This document shows positions 23,295-30,280 of a stretch of DNA of 33,260 nt, one piece after another. The first letter of the stretch is position 1; every line of letters starts with the position of its first letter. The notes beneath the pieces were generated by a model. That model ran no database searches, had not been told where the DNA came from, and saw nothing but the letters and a program-made list of their open reading frames with translations. The position numbers were made by a program, and so were the translations under genes. This DNA is from Chloroflexota bacterium (lineage in GTDB: Bacteria > Chloroflexota > UBA6077 > FW602-bin22 > CADDYW01), in assembly GCA_035534795.1 (NCBI GenBank), contig DATLRG010000352.1:1-33260 (forward strand), in the 5' to 3' direction.

Positions 23295-23358
23295 GTTAAC
23301 GGAAGTTAAACAGGCGGTGAAGGAGAGATGATTTCGTGACCCGTGTGACCGCGTGAAC
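23295..23358 (-). promoter_or_regulatory. Pho-box array upstream of pstC, with a -10 element adjacent to the start codon
   Basis: The plus strand reads GTTAACggaaGTTAAACaggcgGTGAAG..GTGAC..GTGAC..GTGAAC. The first 28 nt match the pstS array at 21 of 28 positions with identical spacing. The proximal GTTAAC is 10 nt upstream of GATAAT (23284-23279), which ends 9 nt before ATG 23269. Confidence 0.55.
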
Positions 23359-23406
23359 CACGAACCAGGCGGAAAAGCACGCTTGCCGGGAGGATTCCGC
23401 CGGTCG

Positions 23407-25206
23407 TTACACCGGGACGTGCCGTCCCGACGCGGCGAGGGGTGGCCCGCGGCGCGGCAGCAGGACCGTGAAGGTCGTTCCTTTGCCCGCGCCGGGCGAA
23501 GCGGCCCAGACCCGGCCGCCGTGCGCCTGGGCCAGATGCTTCACGATCGCCAGGCCGAGACCGGTTCCCGACGAGGCGCGGGACCGGTCCGCTTTGTAGA
23601 ACCGCTCGAAGAGACGCGGCAGGTCGGCGGCGGCGACGCCCACGCCGGTGTCGGCGACGACCACCGCGACGTCGTCCCCCCGTCGCTCGACGCGCACCTC
23701 GACCGAGCCGCCCGGCGGGGTGAACTTGACGGCGTTGTGGACCAGGTTGACCACGACCTGGTGCATCCGCTCCGCGTCAATCGCCGCCTCCACCGCCTCG
23801 GGCGGGAGGGAGATCTGCAAGACCACGCCCTGGCGCTCGGCCTGCGGCCGGAGCCGCTCGGCGGCGGCTTGGACCGCCACGCCAACGTTCTCCGCCGCGA
23901 CGCGAAGCTGCACCTGTCCGGACTCGATCCGCGCCAGCTCGAGCAGCTCCTCGACCATCTGGCTCAAGCCGTCGACCTCGACCTGCATCCGGCCAAGGAA
24001 CTCCCGCGCCGCCGGCGGGTCCTCCAGCGCGCCATCCTCGAGCGTCTCGGCCAGCGCCCGCAAGGAAGCCAACGGAGTCCGTAGCTCGTGGCTGACGTTC
24101 GCGACAAAGTCGCGGCGCATGGCCTCAGCACGGCGCAGGTCGGTCACGTCCTGCAGGAGGATGACACTGCGGGTGGCCCCTCCCAGACGGACCGGCGTCA
24201 CCACCACCTGCACCTGCCGGCGGTCCCGCCCGACCTCGACTACCACGGGGCTATTCGACACGTCGGCCCGAGACAGACGCGCGACTAGCTCGTGCTGGCG
24301 GACCACTTCGGCCGCCGTCTTGCCCCGCGCCGCCACTTCCGTGATCTCCAGCAGCCGCTCGGCAGCGCGGTTCAGGGACAGGACGCGCTGCTCCGCGTCG
24401 ACGATGACGACTCCATCGGCCATGCCGGCCAGGATCGCCGCGGTCTCCGACCGTTGGGCTTCGATAGTCTCGATCTTGTGACGCAGATCAGTGGCCATCC
24501 GGTTGAATGCCGATGCCAACTGGCCAACCTCGTCGCGGGTACCGACGGCCAGCTTCTGCCCCAGGTCGCCCGCGGCCAGGCCCTGCGCCATCGTCGTCAG
24601 CCGCCCGAGTGGCTCCGTCGTCGCTCGGGCGATCAGCACGGCCAGGAGAATCGCCAGCATCGCCGTCGCCGACGTCGCCACTCCGACCACCACCGCGAGG
24701 TGGTTCAACGATGCGTCGACGTCGTCGACCGGCAACGCCACCCGCGCGACGCCGACGATCTGCTCGTTCTGGCGCATCGGCACCGCGACGTAAAGGAGGT
24801 CGCGGTCCAACGTTGCGCTGTGGCGCTCGCTCTCGCCGCGACCCAGCCGCAGCGCCTGGACGACCTCGGGACGCGTGCCGTGGTTCTCCATCGTCCTGGG
24901 GTCGTGGTCGGAGTCGCCGAGGACGGTCCCGTCCCGGGCGATCAGGGTGACCCGCGCGCCGATCTCTTTGCCCAGCGACTTAGCAAGGGGATCAAGGTCA
25001 GGCGTCTGCCCGGACGCGGCTGACTCCCCGAGGCGGTACGTGGCGTCGTCGGCAACCAGGATGGCCTGACGGGCCAGGTGATCTTCGAGCGCGCAGAGCT
25101 GCTGAGCGCGCAGCGTCTGCGTCAGGTAGATCCCGAGCGCGAACATCGCCAGGGCGATCAAGGCGACGTAGGCGGCAGCGATCCGCCATTGAATCCGGGT
25201 GAACAC
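23407..25206 (-). CDS. phoR: PhoR-like sensor histidine kinase (TM-sensor-TM, HAMP, PAS, HisKA, HATPase)
   Basis: FVANVSHELRTPLASLRALAETL (H-box), VVVNLVHNAVKFTPPGGSV (N-box), DTGVGV..., GTGLGLAIVKHLAQAHGG (G2). An N-terminal TM and a second TM precede a HAMP-like segment. Located between the OmpR-family regulator and the pst genes. Confidence 0.9.
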   Translation of the reverse strand: MFTRIQWRIAAAYVALIALAMFALGIYLTQTLRAQQLCALEDHLARQAILVADDATYRLGESAASGQTPDLDPLAKSLGKEIGARVTLIARDGTVLGDSDHDPRTMENHGTRPEVVQALRLGRGESERHSATLDRDLLYVAVPMRQNEQIVGVARVALPVDDVDASLNHLAVVVGVATSATAMLAILLAVLIARATTEPLGRLTTMAQGLAAGDLGQKLAVGTRDEVGQLASAFNRMATDLRHKIETIEAQRSETAAILAGMADGVVIVDAEQRVLSLNRAAERLLEITEVAARGKTAAEVVRQHELVARLSRADVSNSPVVVEVGRDRRQVQVVVTPVRLGGATRSVILLQDVTDLRRAEAMRRDFVANVSHELRTPLASLRALAETLEDGALEDPPAAREFLGRMQVEVDGLSQMVEELLELARIESGQVQLRVAAENVGVAVQAAAERLRPQAERQGVVLQISLPPEAVEAAIDAERMHQVVVNLVHNAVKFTPPGGSVEVRVERRGDDVAVVVADTGVGVAAADLPRLFERFYKADRSRASSGTGLGLAIVKHLAQAHGGRVWAASPGAGKGTTFTVLLPRRGPPLAASGRHVPV

Positions 25207-25209
25207 GCG

Positions 25210-25911
25210 CTAATCCACGAGCCGGTAGCCGACCCCGCGCACGGTCTCGATGAGGCGGGGATGCGATGGGTCCTCTTCCAGCTTCTCACGCAATGACCGG
25301 ACGTGAACCCGCACCGTGCCGGCATCGCCCAGCGCATCGTAACCCCACACCTGCTCGATCAGGTGCTCGGCAGAGAAGACCTGACCGGGATGGCGGGCCA
25401 GGTGCATGAGGAGCTCGAATTCTTTGGGCTTCAGCGTGACCTCCCGCGCGTCGCGGAACACCTTCCGCCGCAGCGGCTCGATCATCAGGAGTCCGACCAG
25501 GATTCGCTCGTCCGGACTGGCCGTGGCGCGTCGCAACTCGTCCCGCAGCAGCTCCCGTCGTCGCAAGATCGCCTTGACCCGCGCCAGGAGCTCGCGCATG
25601 CTGAACGGCTTGGTCACGTAGTCGTCGGCCCCGATCTCGAGACCGACCACCCGATCGATCTCGTCGGTGCGCGCCGTCAGGATGACGACCGGGACGCTGC
25701 TCACCTGGCGCAAGCGGCGACACACCTCCAGCCCATCGAGCTTGGGGAGCATCAGGTCGAGGAGAACGAGATCCGCTGGGGCCTCTTCCCAGGCGGCCAA
25801 AGCTCGCTCCCCGTCCTCCGCCACGGTCACGTCGTGTCCAGCGCGTCGCAGGCTGTAGGCGACGGCACCGCGGAGGCTCGCTTCGTCTTCAACGACCAGG
25901 ATTCGCGCCAC
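25210..25911 (-). CDS. phoP: OmpR/PhoB-family response regulator
   Basis: MARILVVEDEASLR...DLVLLDLMLPKLDGLEVCRRLR...PVVILTARTDEIDRVVGLEIGADDYVTKPFSMRELLARVKA... plus the winged-helix C-terminus LTLKPKEFELLMHLARHPGQVFSAEHLIEQVWG...VRVHVRSLREKLE...IETVRGVGYRL. Confidence 0.9.
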   Translation of the reverse strand: MARILVVEDEASLRGAVAYSLRRAGHDVTVAEDGERALAAWEEAPADLVLLDLMLPKLDGLEVCRRLRQVSSVPVVILTARTDEIDRVVGLEIGADDYVTKPFSMRELLARVKAILRRRELLRDELRRATASPDERILVGLLMIEPLRRKVFRDAREVTLKPKEFELLMHLARHPGQVFSAEHLIEQVWGYDALGDAGTVRVHVRSLREKLEEDPSHPRLIETVRGVGYRLVD

Positions 25912-26120
25912 CTAATCCCCTTCCGTGGTAGCAGCATCCAGGCGCATAAGATCGCCAGAAGGGATCAGGCACGGCAACGCTGACCGCGCCTCTCCCATTC
26001 GAGCGGTGCCGCAGCCGGCGCTAGTCGCTGTCTTGATCACGGATACATTATAGCATCATGCTCCCCATGCCCCTGACGCGGCGAGAATCGCAGCCACGCG
26101 CCAGACCCGGTCGCCATCGC

Positions 26121-26360
26121 TCAAGCGGCGTTGGCAATTGCCTGCACGATCAGAATCACTTCGTCCGTCTCGATATCGTACTGGATGCCCGCCACGCGAC
26201 CGTGGAGCGCGGCATGCACGGGCACTCCGTCCATCGTGTCCCCCAGGTGTTGGCCCGGCCGCACGGTATCGCCCGGACGCCAAAGACGCGATGACGCGGC
26301 CATCACCGTGAACCGAACATCATCCAGCCTCTGAAGCACATCAGCATAACTCATCACCAT
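26121..26360 (-). CDS. Small hypothetical protein with a lipoyl/biotinyl-like hybrid-barrel motif (79 aa)
   Basis: LWRPGDTVRPGQHLGDTMDGVPVHAALHGRVAGIQYD resembles the V.PGD.V..GQ.L....V.V.A...G.V pattern of barrel-sandwich hybrid domains. Sits upstream of and co-directional with phoP. Confidence 0.4.
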   Translation of the reverse strand: MVMSYADVLQRLDDVRFTVMAASSRLWRPGDTVRPGQHLGDTMDGVPVHAALHGRVAGIQYDIETDEVILIVQAIANAA

Positions 26361-26449
26361 CGTTGTTGAACCTACCCCGTTGTGTTCCTGTCTTCGCCAT
26401 CGTCCACACAGAGTATCAGCCGCCGAGCTTAATCCGTTCTAAGCGCCAC

Positions 26450-26477
26450 GTTAACCGTGGGTAAAGTCTCGGTTACG
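26450..26477 (-). promoter_or_regulatory. Third Pho-box-like array with exact 11-nt phasing
   Basis: GTTAAC (26450), GTAAAG (26461) and GTTACG (26472) start exactly 11 nt apart, in the same orientation as the pstS and pstC arrays, about 90 nt upstream of the 79-aa ORF that precedes phoP-phoR. No well-spaced -10 element was found. Confidence 0.35.
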
Positions 26478-26781
26478 ATTCCAGTCGGCGCGGGAACGGG
26501 TCATGGCGTGGGTGTAACCCGCGCAGGAAAGTGATCGGCAGGGCCAGCAATCCAACCGCGAGCGCGACGATGCCCGACGCGCTGACGCGGCGCAGCCGGA
26601 CTGCCGCTCCCACGGGGATGCGTGCAAGCAGAGCCGATCCCAGCGCGACGATCGGATCAAGCAGCGCGTCGGTGGTCGGACCGGAGGCGAAGCGATGGAT
26701 GAAGTCGACCAGTCGTCCAAGCTCGTGTCGGTAGCTCTGGGTCCGGCTCAGCAGCCAGCGAATGCCCGCAACTGCCCACAC
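26473..26781 (-). CDS. Hypothetical small membrane protein (doubtful)
   Basis: The ORF has one clear hydrophobic helix (SGIVALAVGLLALPITFL). It overlaps the rlmN 3' end by 34 nt. No family recognised. Confidence 0.25.
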   Translation of the reverse strand: MWAVAGIRWLLSRTQSYRHELGRLVDFIHRFASGPTTDALLDPIVALGSALLARIPVGAAVRLRRVSASGIVALAVGLLALPITFLRGLHPRHDPFPRRLES

Positions 26782-27848
26782 GCGCCCGCGATGTCGTCGC
26801 CGCGCTCGGTACGTACCGTGCAGGAGATGCCGCGCTCCTGAATCGTTCGCTGGAACGCGCGGATGCGCGACCAGGGCGTGGGCTCGAACGGACTGCCCTC
26901 GACGTGATTCAGCGGAATCAGGTTCACGTGGGCGAGCAGCCCGTCAAGCAGGTCGGCGACGGCGCGCGCCTGGTCCAGGCTGTCGTTCGTGTCGCGCATC
27001 ATGGCGTACTCGAACGAGACGCGCCGGTGGGTCGCCGCGACGTATGCGCGGCAGGCGTCTACGACCTCGGCAATGGGGTACTTGCGATTGACCGGCACCA
27101 GCCGATCGCGGAGGTCATCGCTCGGCGCGTGGAGCGAGACCGCCAGGCCAACCTGAAGCGGCTTGGCCGCGAGCTCTCGAATGCGCGGCGCGAGGCCCGA
27201 GGTGGAGATCGTGACCCGACGCGCTCCCAGGCCGACGCAGTCCGTGGCGTTCAGGACCTCGACCGCCTGCCAGACGTTGCGAAAGTTCACCAATGGCTCG
27301 CCTTCGCCCATCAGGACGACGTTGGTCACCCGCGCGCCGTCCCCGTCGATCTCGCCCAGCCGGCGGGCAAAGTAGAGCACCTGACCGACGATCTCGGCCG
27401 TGGTGAGGTTGCGCTTCAGCCCGAGCAAGCCGGTCGCGCAGAACGGGCAGCCGACGGCGCACCCAACCTGGGACGAGATGCAGACCGTGCGGCGCGTGCG
27501 CGCGCGGTCGGTGGCGGGATAGCGCATCAGCACACTCTCGACCAGGCTCCCGTCGGCGAGCCGCAGGAGCGCTTTGCGGGTCAGCCCGGCATCGGCGGAG
27601 CGCTCGGTTACCGCCTCGAGCGGGAATGGTACCGTCGCCGCGGCCAATCGCTCGCGCAAGCGCAGCGGCAGGTCCATCATCTCCAGCGGATCAAAGACGA
27701 ACTCGCGGTAGAGCCACCGCGCGACCTGGCCAGCCCGGTAGCCGGGCTCGCCCCAGTCCTCGAGGAGCCGGCGCAGCTCCGGCGTCGAGAGCCCGATCAG
27801 GGCCGGGCGCGCTTCCGCCGATGGTTTGGCGGCACGTGTCGTTATCAT
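26748..27848 (-). CDS. rlmN: 23S rRNA/tRNA (adenine-C2)-methyltransferase, radical SAM
   Basis: YRAGQVARWLYREFVFD..., CISSQVGCAVGCPFCATG (CxxxCxxC radical SAM), NVVLMGEGEPLVN, ISTSGL, LAVSLHAP, FEYAMMRDTNDS, VNLIPLN, ACGQL. Confidence 0.95.
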   Translation of the reverse strand: MITTRAAKPSAEARPALIGLSTPELRRLLEDWGEPGYRAGQVARWLYREFVFDPLEMMDLPLRLRERLAAATVPFPLEAVTERSADAGLTRKALLRLADGSLVESVLMRYPATDRARTRRTVCISSQVGCAVGCPFCATGLLGLKRNLTTAEIVGQVLYFARRLGEIDGDGARVTNVVLMGEGEPLVNFRNVWQAVEVLNATDCVGLGARRVTISTSGLAPRIRELAAKPLQVGLAVSLHAPSDDLRDRLVPVNRKYPIAEVVDACRAYVAATHRRVSFEYAMMRDTNDSLDQARAVADLLDGLLAHVNLIPLNHVEGSPFEPTPWSRIRAFQRTIQERGISCTVRTERGDDIAGACGQLRAFAGC

Positions 27849-27902
27849 CGAAGGAATTGTACAGGAGCTCGGAGTATAATGTTCGTCGAGACGCGGTATC
27901 CC

Positions 27903-29081
27903 TCAAAGCGGAAAGACAGTCGTCTCTACGTACGGGTACTTCTTCTCCAGGTCCGGCTGTAATTCTACGCCCAATCCCGGTCCCGTCGGGATGCCCACGA
28001 AGCCGTCTTTACCGACCGCGACCGGCGTCGTCAGCAGGCCGTAGAGCAGCGGGCTGTAGGCCTGGCAGAACTCGAAGATCGCGCAGTTGGGCGTGGCGGC
28101 GGCGAACTGGAGCGAGGCCGCCCAGAGCAGCGCGGAACCCCAGACGTGGGGCGCGATGACCAGACCCCGTGCGTGCGCCAGCGCCGCGATCCGACGCGTC
28201 TCGGTCAGGCCACCGGCGATGGCGATGTCGGGCTGGAGGATGTCGGCGGCCCGCGCGTCGAGGATCGTCTGAAAGGCGAAGCGGGTGGACTCGTTCTCGC
28301 CGGTGGCGATCGGGATCGTCGTACGGCTCCTCACCTCGGCCAGTCCTGGCAGGTCGTCGGCGACGACCACCGGCTCCTCGAACCAGGAGATGCGGAGCTC
28401 TTCCGCGCGCAGCGCCAGCTCGACCGCCTGGCGGGCCGTCAGCGCGCCGTGGGCGTCCATCATCAGGTCGACCTTGGGACCGATCGCCGCGCGCACCTCG
28501 CGCAGGCGGTCCACCGAGCGTGTGGGGAAGTCTTCGTCGTCCAGGCCGCCCACGCGCATTTTCACCGCGCCGAAGCCCTTCTCGACGTAGCCAGCCAGCT
28601 CCTGCCCCGCCGCGCCCGGGCCGGCCCAGCCGCCACTGCCGTAGGCGCGCACCCGCTCGCGCACGCCGCCGCCAAGCAGCTTGAAGATCGGCACGCCGAG
28701 CGACGTGCCAAAAATATCCCAGAGCGCGACGTCCACGCCGCTGATCGCGCAGGCGGTCTCGCCGCGGACGTTGTGGCCGTGGTAGGGATGGCCGTACTTC
28801 AAGGCAAGCTCGGTCCGCGACCCGCTGTACATGCGCTCCCAGAGGTACTCCACGCGCGTCGGGTCCTGGCCGACGAGCGCCGGCTTCAGGCGCGTCTCGA
28901 CGATCGCCTTCACCACCAGCGGCGTCCCCTTTGCCTCGCCGTAGCCAGTGATCCCCTCGTCGGTCTCGACGACGACGATCGCCGCGTCACTCTTCACCGA
29001 GCTGCCAAAGTCGCTGCGCCAGCGCCGCTCGGGCGGAATTGGCGACGAGAGGAGCATGGTTCGCACGTCGGCTATTTTCAT
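27903..29081 (-). CDS. Enolase-superfamily enzyme (mandelate racemase / muconate lactonizing family, acid-sugar dehydratase-like)
   Basis: MKIADVRTMLLS...VVVETDEGITGYGEA...GQDPTRVEYLWERMY...FGAVKMRVGG...VDLMMDAHGALT...ISWFEEPV...IATGENE...DILQPD are the MR/MLE N- and C-terminal domain motifs. Confidence 0.9.
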   Translation of the reverse strand: MKIADVRTMLLSSPIPPERRWRSDFGSSVKSDAAIVVVETDEGITGYGEAKGTPLVVKAIVETRLKPALVGQDPTRVEYLWERMYSGSRTELALKYGHPYHGHNVRGETACAISGVDVALWDIFGTSLGVPIFKLLGGGVRERVRAYGSGGWAGPGAAGQELAGYVEKGFGAVKMRVGGLDDEDFPTRSVDRLREVRAAIGPKVDLMMDAHGALTARQAVELALRAEELRISWFEEPVVVADDLPGLAEVRSRTTIPIATGENESTRFAFQTILDARAADILQPDIAIAGGLTETRRIAALAHARGLVIAPHVWGSALLWAASLQFAAATPNCAIFEFCQAYSPLLYGLLTTPVAVGKDGFVGIPTGPGLGVELQPDLEKKYPYVETTVFPL

Positions 29082-29161
29082 CGGAACACCTCGAAGCAGT
29101 CGAAGAATCCAGGCGTCAGGCGTCAGAAGACGCGCGCACCCGCTGCGCTGGGCACGCTGTG

Positions 29162-29191
29162 ACTATGACTCGCCGGTTGGTCGTCTGTCAA
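29162..29191 (-). promoter_or_regulatory. Candidate promoter TTGACA-N18-CATAGT (minus strand) for the enolase-family gene
   Basis: Minus-strand TTGACA lies at 29191-29186 and CATAGT at 29167-29162, about 80 nt upstream of ATG 29081. Confidence 0.3.
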
Positions 29192-29341
29192 GTGGCGGCC
29201 TAATCTCACCATTGGACCACCTGGGCACGATTCTTGCCTCCCTACGTTCTGGATGGCCCGCGCGCAAGCACGGGGCCGTGCGCCGAGATACCGCCAGGCG
29301 ACCGGAAGACCACCGCCTCATCGGAGAAACCACTCGTGGGA

Positions 29342-29698
29342 GTGGCGCCCACGCCTGATCCCCAAGCGCTGCACGTCGATCGCCTCACGACGCTGCACGC
29401 GCTGCGTGCGGAGTGGGATGCGCTGCTCGTCGCGGCCAGCCCGGCGACGGTCTTTCAGACCTGGGAGTGGGTGACGAGTTGGTACGAGCACTTCGGCCGG
29501 AGCGCTCCCTTGCGGGTGCTGGCCGTGCGGGGTGACGACGGGCGGCTGCGTGGTCTGGCACCGTGCTCGTTGTCGACGCTCGCCGGGGGAGGGCCGCGGA
29601 AGGAAGCGGTAGGACCGCGGCTGGCGCGAGACCGGGCCGGTCACCGGCCATCTCTCCCCGCCGCGACCGCCGACGCGGGTCCCATCGGCCTCTGCTGA
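29342..29698 (+). pseudogene. N-terminal fragment of a CelD/BcsL-like GNAT acetyltransferase
   Basis: LTTLHALRAEWDALLVAASPATVFQTWEWVTSWYEHFGRSAPLRVLAVRGDDGRLRGLAP matches the N-terminal region of this family (normally ~350 aa). The remainder of the ORF is Arg/Pro/Gly-rich non-homologous sequence. Confidence 0.45.
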
Positions 29699-29717
29699 TC
29701 GGCGAACCCACTCTTTG

Positions 29718-30035
29718 CTACTTGAAGACCCCGGGCAGGTAGACGCGGAACCTCGACTGCACGCCGCCGAGAAAACCACCGTGCAGCGTGAAGCCCCCTC
29801 CCGCCAGGGTACCCGCGTCCGGCTGCCCGATTGTGCCGACCAGCACGTAGCTGCCGCCGGCGCTTCGCCCACCACCGCCGTCCACGCTGAACCAATCGAG
29901 CGTATAGACTCCCCCCGACGCTGCGAGCGCCGCGGACACGCCAATCGACAGCATCACGAGTAGCCCGAGCACCACGCCCGGCCAGCGAGGCCTTCCCTGC
30001 CGCAAGGCGCGGTGCCAGATGCGCGGTGATCTCAT
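29718..30035 (-). CDS. Small secreted or anchored Gly-rich hypothetical protein (105 aa)
   Basis: Basic N-terminus plus hydrophobic helix (PGVVLGLLVMLSIGVSAALAA), then GGVYTLDWFSVDGGGGRSAGGSYVLVGTIGQPDAGTLAGGGFTLHGGFLGG. Confidence 0.55.
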   Translation of the reverse strand: MRSPRIWHRALRQGRPRWPGVVLGLLVMLSIGVSAALAASGGVYTLDWFSVDGGGGRSAGGSYVLVGTIGQPDAGTLAGGGFTLHGGFLGGVQSRFRVYLPGVFK

Positions 30036-30190
30036 GGACCGTTGCTCCGCTCCTCAGCGATTCGCCGTGGGCGCGATCTTGACGGCCGGCAGCCCGGCTG
30101 GACTACCCGACCTTTCGGCGATGTGGGCGGCATGCTAGCATGCGCCCGCCGTGGTGTCCAGGCGTTTGAACACGCCCGACACAATGACGA

Positions 30191-30219
30191 TTGCTTGATC
30201 GTGCGCGTCCTGCTACACT
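30191..30219 (+). promoter_or_regulatory. Candidate promoter TTGCTT-N17-TACACT upstream of comM
   Basis: TTGCTT 30191-30196 and TACACT 30214-30219, about 60 nt before ATG 30281. Confidence 0.3.
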
Positions 30220-30280
30220 GACCAGGCCACGAGGCAGGCCGATTGGCAGCCTGCGCGATGGATCAAGTGGGGGATGGCCC

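Noticed and set aside
26047-26052. A minus-strand TATAAT 136 nt upstream of phoP, considered as a feature call.
   Set aside because: The -10 is perfect, but the best -35 at 17 nt (GTCAGG-like) is poor and the leader would be long. It is mentioned in the findings only as a possibility.
27875-27880. A plus-strand TATAAT between rlmN and the enolase-family gene.
   Set aside because: Both flanking genes are on the minus strand, and the nearest -35-like TTGTAC is only 12 nt away. There is no plus-strand gene to serve.
29111-29127. A short tandem repeat, GGCGTCA GGCGTCA, upstream of the enolase-family gene.
   Set aside because: Only two 7-nt units, with no further copies and no associated structure. 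Too small to interpret.
29195-29245. A tRNA-like string on the minus strand (GCCCAGGTGGTCCAATGGTGAGATTAGGCCGCCAC).
   Set aside because: It cannot be folded into a cloverleaf. There is no acceptor stem partner, no T-loop GTTCRANNC, and no proper anticodon arm.
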